Part shown: positions 23,926 to 38,511 of the stretch, one piece after another
Layout: every line of letters begins with the position of its first letter
Numbering within the stretch: position 1 is the stretch's first letter
From: Tubulanus polymorphus
Lineage: Eukaryota > Animalia > Nemertea
Length of the DNA stretch: 64,000 nucleotides
Reading direction: 5' to 3'
NCBI RefSeq assembly: GCF_964204645.1
Contig: NC_134032.1
Location: 3,868,175-3,932,174 of the forward strand
Notes under the pieces: model-generated
Told to the model about the DNA's origin: nothing
Seen by the model: only the letters and a program-made list of their open reading frames with translations
Database searches by the model: none
Made by a program: the position numbers and the translations under genes

Positions 23926-25118
23926 ATGAATAATGTTACTATCATCGCCGTTACTACAACCCAGCGACTCTCATACGCTGCTAGGACACCAGCTCTTATT
24001 ACAGCCTTTAGAAGTTTCACTAGACGCGCTTATCTTCTCAACTTCTACACATTTACTTTGTTAGTGTTTCCACTCGGAAGTGTGTTCTACTTTCTGACAA
24101 TAAATCTACTGATAAAATGTCGCAGATACCAGACTGTTCGTTACACGTTCCCCTATCTCATAACTCTCGCGTTTTCAGAACAAATCGTTTTATTTATCAA
24201 GCTGAGCAACTTTCCATGTTATTTGAAATACATCCTGGTTAAATTCCAATTTTACCCGAAAATATGTGGAGATAACTATTATTTGACATTGTCAAAACAT
24301 GGCAAACTGTGTTCATCATCATTGTACCATTTCTATTATTATTTTCAGTACATCCCTAACAAATTCATTCCAAAATGTTTGTTGGTTAACATATCTTACA
24401 ACCAAGCAATAGCAGTATCACACTACATAGTCTTAGCAATTGCTGTTGAAAGATTTGTTTCTATACGTTTTCCATTCTTTCATATGAGATATTTCACCTA
24501 CAAGCGGCGTGTAATCATAGTATGTGGTGTCATCGTGTTTTCCTGCATCATAACCTCGATTCTTCGAGTAAAAGCATCTACATTTATCTCAATGCGGTTC
24601 GTAGATATAACGAAACCTTCACTCAATTCAGTTGCAAGCAGTCTTACAGGATGAACCAATTTCATTATGTCATTATAACAATGGCAAGAGTATTCTTTCA
24701 GGAGATATTTCCGGCCATTGCGATCATCATAGCATCAATTCTAACTGATTTATCACGTGCTCAGAAATCTACCATGTTGAATAGAACGGGAGCAGAACGC
24801 TTTCGGTCATCGACCAGTAAAACACTTCTAGTTGTCATTTTAGTCTATATAATTTGTGTTCTACCCAACACTGTCACTAAATTCACGCATAACTTCAACG
24901 AATTTCTCATGTATGCGATCTGGATAAACCATCGTTTTAATTTTTACGGATCCCCTACTAGAACGTTTTACCTAATAGTTTTGTGGCGTGAATTAGAAGG
25001 AATATTCTACGGATTTCGAAACGTCTTGTTCCGCGTAAACTTTTTCATATATTTTGGTACGTTACAAGTTTTTAGAAGACAATTTATAAAACTGTTCTAT
25101 TACAATACTGATTCATGA
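23926..25118 (+). pseudogene. Intronless class A (rhodopsin-like) GPCR with one frameshift
   Basis: TM3 LAIAVERFVSIRFPF (DRY variant), TM6 VILVYIICVLPN, TM7 VNFFIY; frame change near 24580-24600. Confidence 0.8.
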
Positions 25119-25439
25119 AATAAAATTCAATAGGAGATGCGAATACTTTGACTTCCGATTATGAAATGCCTACTTCTAAAAACTAGCATCAGCATGCATA
25201 GCAGGTTTCCCCTAATACACATATCTAACAACCCGCAAAACCAGCTATCCCGCCAGAAGGCGTGAAGAGCAGTAGGTCATCCATTGTCAAAATTAGTTAA
25301 TTTTCAATGAACTTTGAACTGGATTTTTTGACTCCCGAATCCAAATATTATCACAGCATCATCAAATACAAATACCTTCGATCTTTTACTCGGATATTGG
25401 TATAATAGTTTTCTTACATAATTGAGCTCCAGTTACTGA

Positions 25440-25830
25440 TAGATTGATTGAAAACTTACAGTTATGTATCGGTGACGATGGAATAATACATTCAAACGGC
25501 AGAATCGACGATGCTGACATTTCTGATTTGGCAAAGAGACCTATCCTATTTCGTTGCCAAAGTATCAAAAATTTGTGGATTTGGTGATTTTGAGATCACA
25601 TTACTTGAATTTTCATCTACGTGTGAATGCTACCATCGCCGAGGTACGAACTCTTTATTGAATTCCAGATCTCAGACAGCGCGTTAAAACGTAATTAAAG
25701 CCATGTTTTAAATGCAAGCGTATTCAGGGTCAACCTTCCACTACATCTGCCTTTGCCTAGCAATCGAGTAGTATCGGTTCTGGCAGTCGAGTAATATCGG
25801 TCCCATATTTCTATTATACGGATTTAGATT
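25440..25830 (+). mobile_element. BEL/Pao LTR retrotransposon pol remnant
   Basis: Translates to DDGIIHSNGRIDDADIS...KRPIL and VNATIAEVRTLY*IPDLRQRVK...CFKCKR (integrase zinc-binding region). Confidence 0.7.
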
Positions 25831-27547
25831 ACTTAGGCCCTCTTGTGATAAAGTCTGGTCATAGTGAATCGAAATGCTACACTTGCCTTTTATATGTGTC
25901 GACCTATCGGTCGAGCTATGGTGGCTGATTCGGTACATGTAAAATTTATTTTCGTCGTCCACGAAAACGCGCAAAACAAATCTGACCGCGCAAAAACAAA
26001 TATTACTGCGCAAAAACAAACTTACAACGCGCAAAAATGAATATTTTTTTTAATCGCCAGCGGTCGTGAAATTAAAAAAAACATTACGCCTGCAGTTATG
26101 CTGTCGCTATCTATTAGATCAAACAGTTTCTATGTGATAACTTGTTAGATCTACCTAGTCCCACCCCTAATTAACATACGATTTGAATATAAATTGGAAC
26201 TGGTAGAACAATCTGAAAATAGCTTTTTCAATCTAACCCTACTATTTAACCCAACTGGTGAAACATTACAAAATGTTCAATAGGGTTAGTCATAGGACAA
26301 ATAGAGATCTAAACGACGTAAAGCAATGTAAACAAACAAACAACGACAAATTTCATTTATTTTTATTAATTCTGTATCTACAAATCTAACGCATGGTCTA
26401 ATATGGGAATTGTTTTTTTTACTATAATATAACGTGCACGGTATTTATATCTAACACGTTCGTACCAAGTGCTGCAGATTCCAATTTAATGATCTGCAAG
26501 AAATGTCTCTCAGAAAAAATGAATCTCTCAGATAATGAACATAAATCTCTATATCTAAGGTAGAAAACTAGCAGAAAATTATGCCGATATTTTTCATCAT
26601 ATTTTGAAAGGTTTTGTGACACCGTAAAAACCGATATGATATGTTAACATACATCAATAACTACCACGCGTTATTAATATGGTTGTGTGTTGGTTGATGT
26701 GCATACGTCATCAATATATAATGGGGCTAGACTGGTTGCCGGTCAATCATATTCAACTATTGGTATTTTCAAGCTCAATAAAACTTCATTGTATTGTGAT
26801 CAATCGAAGACAATAACAAACGATATATGCATATATGTATTCGGGTCTGACTATTTCAGATGTCTGGGAGTCATCTTCATTTCGGTCAACGAATTATACA
26901 TTTAGACTTCACCTACGATGTAACGTAGCCCAATACACTGGGTTCGAATCCCGTAAATCGTTCCACGAACTCTTCAGCGCAATTCGTTCAAACAAAATTC
27001 CCATTTTTCGTCTGAATGAAATTCAAATTAATGACCAATAGAAACTTATTTCCAATCAGGAGATCGGCTATCCAAAAGGAAATTCCTTAAAAAGTCCTTC
27101 CAAATTACATTCAACTTGAAGAAAAATACAAACTAAAACCATAAACATATATGTACCATACAAACTTTTTTAATTCATAAATTTTTAAATTTGAATAAAC
27201 ATTGTTCTATAAATCAACTTATACAATTTTAAAATTTGAATATACATGTACATAGTTCTGATTAAATTGGATTACAACACGGCCTTACAGCATTTTAATA
27301 GTGCATGTACGGTGCAGATGATGTTAGTTGACATTGAGTACAATATGGTGAATATTACAAGTCATTGATATACAAATATGGTGATTGTCAAACATTTCTC
27401 TACAACGATCGGGTTACTAAGATATAAAAAATTATTATGTGTAAAAAGTTAAAAAGCAAACTAAAATGGCCAAATTAGCTCACCTGTTGCCGAAGTGTGC
27501 AGAAAATAGATGTTATCAAATTACCTACCTCCAATTATTATATACTA

Positions 27548-27748
<201 letters not shown>

Positions 27749-27792
27749 CATATAGTGTGGTATTTAGTAATCTAGTAATTTAGGGGGATACA

Positions 27793-30700
27793 TCATGGAG
27801 GTTCAAAGGCTGCTTTCAGAAACTTACATAATTTGACAAGAGTATTTTTTGGGGAATTGAAAAGGGTTGTCAGTTTATAATGACTAGGTCTTGTTAAACA
27901 GAATTGTGGTAAGCACTGTGATCTTAGAATTGTATATTCTGGACATTCAAATAAAAAGTGATATTCATTTCCAATTACATTTTGGTTGCATTTTAAACAA
28001 AATCTCTGGTTTTCAGCTGTATTACTATATCTACCGGTTTCAATCGGTAGTTTGTGATTACTACATCTAAACCGGCACAATGTGCGTCGCAATGAACTAG
28101 GGAGGTCATGCAAATATGGTTCGAACTTTAGTTCAGTTTTGATCATAGAATACATTAGTCCTTTTGAGCTGTTACGGCAATCGGCCCTCCATTTTTGAGT
28201 AAATTGGTCTTGAAGACGCTGTTTGATCGATTCACCAATAAGTTCAGGATTAACTCGCTCGTGATTTACCCAGTAGTTCATTAAACCACACTCTTCTAGT
28301 GTGCATTTTATATAACTTAACCACTTGGTTGTTTTTCCATGGAGCAAGTGCATATTAAAAAGCATTTTATACATTTGACCCGATAATGTCGATACATCAT
28401 TCCATAAAAGCTTTGCCCAGAACTTAACCATTTTACTCTCGATGATTATCGCAAACGGGGTTCTACCTAATTCACCATAGACCATATAATTTGGGGTAGA
28501 CCGGTTTACATGTAGTAAATATTTACAAAAACGCAGGTGGTATTTCTCTAAAATAGCAGTTGATTCGTAACCCCATATTTCACATGCATACGTAAGGATT
28601 GGTTCGACCATAGCATCAAAAAGTTCTAAACCTATGTCTGTATCTAAAGAGTACTGTTGGACCTTTTTCAAGACAGAAAATAGTTGGTTTTAATCTTGTT
28701 TTCCTTTTTTGGAATATTAGTATTTTAGTCTTTGCTGGGTTGATTTTCAATTACCATAGGTCACAATATTCAGACAAAGAATCACGTGCTAATTGTAGGC
28801 CTTCCATCGAGTCAGATAAAATAAGGGTATCGTCTGCATACAAAAGCACTAAAAGTCTCAACCAGAAATTTACTTCATCATTATTATCAATACATACACT
28901 TTGACAGCCTTTACTCAATAGAAAGTTTTCAAGATCGTTTACATATAGACTAAAAAGTAGTGGGGATAGATTATCTCCCTGCTTGAGACCAATATGACTA
29001 TGAAAAAACTCGGAATTCCTTCCGTTAGTCGAAACACAACATTTGACGGACTTATACATATTTATTACGATATTGTAAAATTTACCTGTGATTCCGTGGT
29101 TATCTAATTTTTTCCAAAGTGCTTTTCTCCAGATTTTATCGAACGCTTTTTCATAATCAATAAATGCACAGTATAATTTGCGATTTTTACCCAAAAACAA
29201 GTCAACAACTGATTTCAGTGTAAATATATGGTCAGTAACCCCATGTTTCTTACGGAAGCCGGCTTGTATAAGACTTAACAACTGGTTGCACTCTAGAAAT
29301 TCAGATAATCGACTGTTAACCAGACTAGTAAATAGTTTGCCTAGACAGCTCGTTAGTGAAATGCCCCGGTAGTTATCTGGGCAATTAGGATCCCCTTTGT
29401 TTTTAAAAAGTGGAATTATTGTTGATAGTCCCCAGTCGTGTGGGTAAATTCCTGAGTCCAAGATACGATTAAATAAGGTAGTGAGAACAGGTGATAAATC
29501 ATTTGCAACTGATTTAAGCATTTCGTTGATTATCTCATCGGGTCCGGGTGACTTGTTATTTTTTAGTTTTTTGATTGCATTTATAACCTCTTCTTCAGTT
29601 AGGTCTCTATTAAGGGCATCAAAATTCAACGTTGCAAAATCGAAATCGAAATGTCCCTCTGGGGGTTCAGTATTATCATAGTTGGGTTTTCTATTTAGTG
29701 TATGAAAATGGTTCACCAAGTCGTCAAAATTTGCTTCACATTGTGGTGCATTCGCCTTTTTGCGGAAAAACTTCCAGAAACTTTTAGGATCAGACTTCTT
29801 TAATATTCTAATTTCTTGATTAGTTCCTGTCGTGCGCGCATTTCGTTCACGATTAACCGATTGTTTATAGTTAGTGTATGCGTTGTTCAGAAATTGTTTA
29901 GTTTGTTCATTTTTGGTACTCTTATAGTGCCTTTTGGCACGCCTATATGCCCGGCGCTTTTCTATGACATTACGTGAATGGTGACGTGAGGCTTTATCAT
30001 TGTTGGTACGTTTACCTAGTAATCTTTCCCCCATTGTATCTAGAGCCGTTCGCTTTAACGTGTCACAGAGACGTTTGTTACAAGTGTTAGGTTCCGCCTG
30101 GTTTAATAAATCTTGCTGGATAATATCAATGCCCGTACTATTATGGATTTTATCCATGTAATCAACGATTTTAGTTTTGTTCCAATTAATCTTTCGTGAT
30201 CTATTAACAGGTTCTTCGTTGGTGTCATTTATTATTGTTGATTTGCTAGAAATTTTGATTTCGATAGGGCAATGAACATCTGAAAATAGTCGGTCGAAAC
30301 ACAACACTTTAAAATGCACGATTTTTTCAAATAGGGGATAACTCGCTATGCCGTAATCGACCACATGAAAATTACCTGACTTAACGCATGTGTGTTTGCC
30401 CACATTTTTATCTTCACCGAGACGACCATTACATATAAACATAGTGTGTGATTTACAAAATTCGACTAATCTGTAACCGTTATTGTTGATGCCGTTATCG
30501 GAATTGGTTCTTTGTAGCATATCATTTACAGTTAACGAGCGAACAGCTAAAACGTCGTCTTGAAAAATTTCACTAAGGTCTAAATATTCTATATATCTGT
30601 CATCAATGGGCGTATAGTCTAAAAGGTTGCGAGTGTGAGCGTTGAAATCGCCACACAATAAGAGGTATTCATTGTCACAGTTATAAAGCGATATTAATTC

Positions 30701-31135
30701 AGAATCTAAATCGTCGAACAATTCGACTCTTCCGTAGATACTACTCTCCGGGGGGATATACACGGAACCTAAAAGTAGATCTTTATCTTCATTTAACATT
30801 TTTTTATCAAATTTAAGCCAGTGAATTAGTTTACTCGTTTTCTTCTCCATGGTTACATATTTTTTCAGTACCTTTTTTATAAGAATGACAATTCCACCTG
30901 ACCGTCTCACTGATAGATTTGTTCGGTTGTTCACATATGGGAAAAAACCAAGTTTTTCACTGAAAACATTCAGCCAAAACTCGTCTGAACTGTCTAGTTT
31001 TGTCTCGGTGAGAATTACTATATCGTTACAGAGTAGAAGATCAATAAATTCATCGTATTTACTTTTCGATTTAAGCCCGCAAACATTTAAGTTCAACAGT
31101 GATATACTAGGGGTGTTTCCACTTTTCGTATCCAC
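27793..31135 (-). pseudogene. LINE ORF2 (APE endonuclease + reverse transcriptase + C-terminal zinc finger)
   Basis: NVCGL, LTET, GDFNA, SDVHCP; KSPGPD, FIDYEKAFD, GLKQGDNLSP, YADD; HKLPIETGRY..C..C..EYHFLFEC. Stop at 28751 and a deletion near 28680 that removes the YLG motif. Confidence 0.93.
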
Positions 31136-31141
31136 CCAATC

Positions 31142-32086
31142 CTATTCCGCGTTCATCTCTAGTATTGCCCGTGCATTTTCTAAGGCGGCACTAATGCTAT
31201 CGGGTCCAGTGTTTTCAGTAATCACGCTGTCGGTCGATGTCGATGCTTTCGCTTTCTTAGGTACTTGTTTCACCCTCTCTCGTCCGCTATTATTTTGCTG
31301 CTGTCGTGTGGGGGTTTCTTCCGTGATATCTTCGGATGGGGGTCTCTCGCGTTTTTTGTCGTCTTTTCTTCTAGCTGTTTCTACCTGTCTGCTCGTATTA
31401 TCTTCTTTGGTGTTATAACGATTAGTATCAGTGTAGTTATTATCGGGCTCTTGGTTGTTGATCAATCGACCGTTGCTAGCCATTTTTAGGTTTTTTCCAC
31501 CAGGTATCATGTGTAATAGTTTACGGGTGTTAATTTCGTGAAGGCGCTCTATATGAGATTTGCTGCTTCTGAGCCATACATCTACGAATTTCCTGTTGTT
31601 TTTCAGTTTACGCTTAGCTTGCAGTATTTCGATTTTAATGTTTTTGTTCTCGAATGCTAACTTGACGAGTGGTAGTTCCTTGGTTGTTCGTTGTCTGAGT
31701 CTAATACACTTTCCAATTTTAGGGGCAGGTTCTACAAGCAGGGAGAGCATTTCGGTACATACATTGTTCAAGTTCTCGTTTTCTTCCATTCTGAGCCCAG
31801 AAATAATCACACAGTTGTCGGGGTCGTCTAGAGGATCTCGCTTTATTCTGGAATTCACTTCTATTTGCAATTCCATGCATAAATTTTCCATTTTTTTCAT
31901 GTCGGATTTTGATGCTGCTAACTCACTTCTGCATTTTGCTATCGTGGTATTGGCTTTTTTAAGTTTCGCGGTGAGGGCGGCATTTTCTTCAGCTATATCA
32001 TCTAGTTTTGCGCAGGTGAACTCAGAGGAAGTTTTAAGATCCGAAATATCAATATCAATATTGTGCTCCTGCCGCGTTTTGGGCAC
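31142..32086 (-). CDS. LINE ORF1 (coiled coil + RRM-like)
   Basis: Directly upstream of ORF2; heptads followed by VIISGL...RL...PLVKLAF...KRKLK. Confidence 0.8.
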   Translation of the reverse strand: MPKTRQEHNIDIDISDLKTSSEFTCAKLDDIAEENAALTAKLKKANTTIAKCRSELAASKSDMKKMENLCMELQIEVNSRIKRDPLDDPDNCVIISGLRMEENENLNNVCTEMLSLLVEPAPKIGKCIRLRQRTTKELPLVKLAFENKNIKIEILQAKRKLKNNRKFVDVWLRSSKSHIERLHEINTRKLLHMIPGGKNLKMASNGRLINNQEPDNNYTDTNRYNTKEDNTSRQVETARRKDDKKRERPPSEDITEETPTRQQQNNSGRERVKQVPKKAKASTSTDSVITENTGPDSISAALENARAILEMNAE

Positions 32087-35000
32087 GAGTAGCTCACGTA
32101 ATCTTAATTGAAAGTCGAGATCACAGGCAGATATTGAGGTCTATGGCCCACACATAACATCATAAATTGGTCAGGAAATAAAGTGTTTTGTGGTATAGAT
32201 GACACGTTTGTACGATTTTACACTGTAAATTTATAATTTTTTAGGACTTAAGGACCAAAAATCGGCAATATTTTTGATACAAACTGAGAAAGTATCAAAA
32301 CATTTGAGAACGCGTTTTAATTCTTTGAGACATTTGGATATACTAAGAGACATTTTCAAAACTAAGAGAGTTTAGATTTTCTATGAGCAAGAAGAAAGCA
32401 GGTACGTAGACTCAATTCTATGAGCCATTTTCAAAACTATCTCATAGTAGATTTTCTTCATGATTGTGGTTTTTTCATTTTCAATTGAATCATAGTCAGT
32501 CGTGGACTTTTCGGCACGAAGACTGCCAAAGGTCATACGTAGTTCATTAATATATACCTTTTGATGTGAATATAATTAGTGCTCCTCTACCATGTCGCGC
32601 GTACGCATGATCGGGAGGAGTTCTGAATTCGACGGTGAATTCGCGACTTATCCTATCAAAGCTATGTTGAAACCTTATATGCGAATGATACCGGCACATT
32701 CTGTATACGTTCGGGTAATCACTGGTTTTGAAGTCCCTGTCGATCTTAAGGTAATCGTTAACGCAGTTTGCCGTACGATTTAGTTCCAAACGTTTGATAT
32801 AGTAGGTAAGCATCTGTATATATGAAATGGAAGACGACATGAAAAATGAAATTCGTCGCGGCAAGAACTTTCATATATCGGACGACTCGAAATATCAAAT
32901 AGAATTTCGATGAAATTCAACCTCAGTTTAGATTAATGAAAAAAACATGGAACACCAACCATGAAACATCAACTATGGACGTTTCGGAAACCGTTGGTTG
33001 AAATACCTGGTTGAATAATCTTGAACAAAATTTGTTGACACTGTCTTTTTGAAGGGCAGTTTGAAATTTCAGGGGAGTTCGCTCGCTACCCCCGAACCCG
33101 GCACGGGCCTGGTTTAAACGACGTCACCGGCGTCAAGGTCGTATACCGTACATCAACGGGAAACCCTTGGCGTTAAGCAGGGTTGGCTATCGGGGATCGA
33201 TGTAACTTAAAAAAATTTCAAAGAAAATAAATTTACTACACGTACTTGGTTTGGATTTTGGGGTCGGATTACCCATCGACATGTCGTGTTTTTAAAGAAG
33301 TCAGCGGCGACGATTTCGAGTTCACGAAACCCGTTTGCGGGTACATCAATGATATTCATCGGGTCACACGCGTCACCCGTCTTACTGAAACCTGAATCTC
33401 ATATGTGTTAAAACATAGTGAAACTTGCGTAAGTCGGAAGATCGGACTTATCAAAAGGAATTGTGTCCTAATGAAGCAAACTTTTAAACATGTCTTTATG
33501 AAGGTTACGATGAATAAAAATGATACAGTGGAACCTCGATATACAAAACGAACTCAGATACAACGATTCATCGGATATCGGTTCGCTGTAACGAGGTTCC
33601 CGACTGTTCATCAATATATCAATTATACCATGAAGATTAAATCATTGAGAAATTGTTGGAAAGAATTTTTCAGGAAGTTATAAAATATACCGGTTTTGTA
33701 CCGTGTTGTACCTGGTCACGAATCCGTAAGCTTTTTTAGGCCAGCCGTGGGCTGAGCCTATTACTATACAAATGGAGCGAATTTAAATGACATGGTTTCC
33801 AGATGATAGGCTTTTTCACAGTGCAACTGAGCATATATTCATACGATTCATGCATTCAAGCTTTATCCATTCTCCAATTCCTAGGAAACCAAATTTTGAA
33901 AAAGGGCCTCATTAAAATTTGCAGTAGGTTTTTCGCGAAAATCTGAACGCAAAAATATCAGTTTTATAAAGCCAATCAGAGTGCCCAGCGTGAGTGTTCA
34001 CGTGAACCCGCGGTATGTTTACTCTTTTACTTCCGGGTTTTATTTTAAGATTAAAAATTGTATTTCAAGATCGATTTCTGTGAAATCTTAGTTGATTTGG
34101 TTTTTGGGAAGAATTTTCATTTGCACTACATAAAATTCATACTTGACAATTTCGCAAGGGTCGGGAAAAATAGCTTTTCATGTCGGATGGGTGACCTTGG
34201 TATGCTATGAGTTGGGAGTGTATTTTGACAAATATAACCCACAGATTGCATTATTTATGCAGCATTTGTGGCGTGTGTTAAAGTTAAGGGCCAAAGAAAA
34301 CGAAAATATGATTTAGAAAATTCCAATGGAAATTTTCATTACCGGTAGTTTATATATCTCATTTTCATTATAGATGAAGAAAGGGAAACAGACGACACTG
34401 ATGAGAATGAAGAAGAGGTACAATGTTCTTCAATACCAGTAGGCAAATCCACAAGGAAAAAATGGAGGGATAGTGAAGTCAAGCAACTGAAACTGTTTTT
34501 CAGTACTTATATTAGTAAGAAGCAATATCCTTCTGTGGCCTGTGTGAAGTTTTTTGAATGTCATCCACACCAATGTAGAACAAAACAGCAAATTATTTCC
34601 AAAATGCAACAAATTTTTAGAAATTCATGAAAAATTAATTGCCCATTGCATTCTGGCTTTTGTGATGAAGATAGATAGAGGATAGTTGATAGCAGATAGA
34701 TTGAGTGGATCAAGATATGTATGAATTTGATTTTCCAAATTTTGATGGTTTCATTTATTTACTTATTGTTATTGATGTCAAGCCGTCAGTCAGTTTTTAG
34801 CGGCAGCCTTGCTGCCAACAGCCCTTGCGAAGGTATATATTGTAACGTCTTTGCACTATAATAAAATGCTATAGGCGAAATTTCGCTTAGGCGTTGAATA
34901 TCCGAATAACTAACTATTTTCATATTCTATTGGTACCCAGGCATATTTTGTAACTGCAATGAATCGCAAAATTGTAGCTTGCGACATTTTATATGATTGT

Positions 35001-38000
35001 GGTGAGTTTCAAGGCCGTTAGTTTTTGTATATGGTCACCAGGGGGCATTGAATACCTGAATAATTTAGTAATTTCATATTGTATTGGTCTCTAGGCAAAT
35101 TTTGTAACCACAACCATTTGCAAAATTGTAGCTCATGACATGTTCTATGATTGTGGTAAGGTCATTGCTTTCTTAATATGTTCACCAGGGGGCGTTGAAT
35201 ATTGAAATTTTCTGTTCGTTAAGCATTTCAAACCACTTCCTAAGTGGGCATGGTGTCCCTGGACCCCTAGTTATCCTGTTACATGTACATGCCATTACAT
35301 GTACATGTACATGTGATACATGTCAACGCACTTACGTATTTAACTGGCACATCGGAAGCAAACATTGGTTGGGTAGGCCCAGCCATGGTTATTGAAGGTA
35401 AAATGGCCCAGGTTCCACATGTGAAAGCGAAGAAAAAAGGTCGACTGAGGAACTATTTGGCGGCCTATTTTCTCCGCATGTGAACCTCTGTGAAATGTGT
35501 AAGGAAGCCTCCACCAGTATGCGCCAAGGATAAATATTTTTTAAATGCACGCTCATTGGCTAAATAAACAAATATGTTGAAATCTAAATAGGGGCAATGA
35601 ATCTTGATAATTGTTTAATTTATAACAATAATAAATTGTCTAAAAAACTTCAAATTTCATAGAAAGGCTATGTAATGAATGAAATCATTCAGCGTCTTGG
35701 TGGCTTACGTTGTACGGAGCATGTCTATTTGGGTCATTGGTGAAAGCCCACTACCGCGTATATTCATGATGAATCACGCGGTTGTGTGTGGTTACTACAT
35801 GTAATGCTGAGATCGTTTCATTTGATGGGTTTTCATAAACATTTCATGGTTCAAGTAGAGACATGCTAAGGCTTTTTTACTACTTAAGCACCAAATCCCC
35901 TCTGAAATTTCTCATCATGTTTTTGAAAAAAAAACAATTTTTATCTCGATATTTCCGTCTCAAGTTTCTGCTTAAAAATCATGGAAATGATCTAAATATC
36001 TGTCCTTATTTTGGAATTGATTGAAGCGCGGGTCTTTGGATCTTTTATAATTTGTGAAGCTACCGCATCAAGCCCCATGGGGTTCTTGTATTAAAGCCAG
36101 ATCCTATTGACAGTGCGTGACATCCTCTAACAGCAGGGATTCGAACCTCATGGCATCGCTACACTCGGCCATGGCACGAAACCCTGTCATACTAGACCGG
36201 GTGTGCAGGTTTGCCGCACGAAAACTTGCGGCACCAATCAGATTGCCTGTATAATTGCTGAGGTAAATTTCACCGAAGAACTATAAATGTGAAAACCGGG
36301 GCTAAAATTAAACGGGATATCTGATTGGCTAATAATGACATCATCTAAGCTGCGCATGTAGCTGCGCGCTTGGCATTTTTATCACAGTTTAATGGGTTTA
36401 TTTTATCCACGCGTTATTGTTTTTTTCCTGCAAATGAGATTTATCTTAGAAGATAATAAGAAAGATTGTTATTTAAAGATTAAGAAAAATTGAATATGTG
36501 AATGGAGTAATATATCGGTATTAAATTGTAAAATATTTATGAGCACAATTGTGAAATATTAAGGCACCTGAGCTTAAATTCATGGCTTCCTCAGTCATAA
36601 GTGTTTGGACAAATAAAGGCATTTAAGTCATTGATGGCTTGATTTTTTTTCAAATTCCTCCGTCAAAGCTTTTGTTATTTTAACTACGGATTATTGCTTG
36701 CCTTGGATCAATATTTTATGCCAATAAGACTTCAAATATTGTTAGCAAATCTGGCAATGCAGTGAATTTTCTTGGGAGGACTTTGCATGCACCCATACTT
36801 ATTGCTTGGAAATTGCACCCAAAATCGGTGTAAAGTTTTCTGGAGGAGCACCCCCATACCTCACTTGTTTGTGCCACTCATGCTTTTTACTACCCTCGAC
36901 TGTGGTCCCTGGATCCGCCCCTGATGAAGAAAGAAATCGCAAACGAAATGAACAGGAAAATATTGCGGCAGTATCTAAGACAAGTATAATTACAGGGCAG
37001 AGGTGAGATGCAAGATTCTAAAATTTTACATTTTCTTTAATTTGCGCGAGGTCTCATGCAAGAATTGCACATTTTTTAGACAATGTGACAATTTTGGCCT
37101 GTAGTTAGGGTATATAAATCAATTAACTATCTATGGTCATAGCTGATCTCGGAGATAGGAGAACATATACAGACTATGAGGACAATTCTACAGTAATTTT
37201 CTGACGACCAGAATTTTCAGCAAATTTCGCATTGTGTCCAAAAATTTCAGATTTTCCACAAAAAAAAATTTACTTTTACGAATTACGCGAATAACCCGTG
37301 AAAATACGATATATACGACGCTCAGATTCCAGCATTGTACGTCATGTTCCCGGTCGTATCCTGAGCTGACAGTGCAGATCCTATATCGCTGAAATCTACC
37401 CTCAATCTATCAAAGCGTGACTGCGTAGATAACGTCACAAGAAAATTGTAACTGTCCTCTGCTGCCGGCATATCGGGCTACGACTTGCGCGAGGTATTTG
37501 GAATGGAATCAGAAGATTTGGCTTCTAAAATTGATACGACCTACGTGGAAATACGACTCGTGAAATACGAGTTATAAGCATAATTTGATAAGGTTAAAGA
37601 AGAAAAAAATCTTGACCAAATTAATTATACGAGTGATGTGATGATACGACTAATTCGATGACGACTTATGCAGCGAGTCTAATTTTTCTCAAAGGGAATT
37701 TTAGCACATTGAACTTAAGATATATTGTGGTTAAGGTATGTATGCGCCCCGTCTTAAAGCGAGTTCATCTAGGAGCGAAAGCTCGTGTTTCCTGTATGAC
37801 GACGTTCCTAAAACCAATGATATAATCAATGTTCTCATCTCCGCATGCCGGTATATGGGAACCTATGTCAAGATCGGCCATGTTCTCATAGTAGTATGTT
37901 GTTGTACGTCAATAAAATCATATATTTTTAAGAGATGTGGGTTTACAACGTAGTAAATCAATAGAACTCTTAGTTGTCTGCCTAAATATACTCATTATAT

Positions 38001-38385
38001 TAAGATAAACGCGAGTGGGAACCTATATCGAGGTCGGTCATGTTCCCATAGTAGTATGTTCCCGTAACCCACGGCGTTTAGTAGAAAATATATAGTGAAC
38101 TAAATCGATTACAGAGTTGATACCTAGCTAAAACGTCTTTTACTATAATATCCGATTTAATATGGCGCCATTGGATCTAAAATATGACGGCGTTCCTATA
38201 ACCCTAAGTACCCGCATCCCTGTACTTGTATATGTCAATAAAACCATATTTTTAAGAGATCTGGGTTTACAACGTAGTAAATCAATAGAACTCTTAGTTG
38301 TCTGCCTAAATTTACTCATTATATTAAGATAAACGCGAGTTCCCATATACCACCGTGGTATGTACCTGTATCCCAGGTATTATGA

Positions 38386-38511
<126 letters not shown>

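Noticed and set aside
29178-32111. + strand ORFs over the LINE, and similar antisense ORFs over viral and piggyBac genes
   Set aside because: Shadow frames of real genes on the opposite strand, with no motifs.
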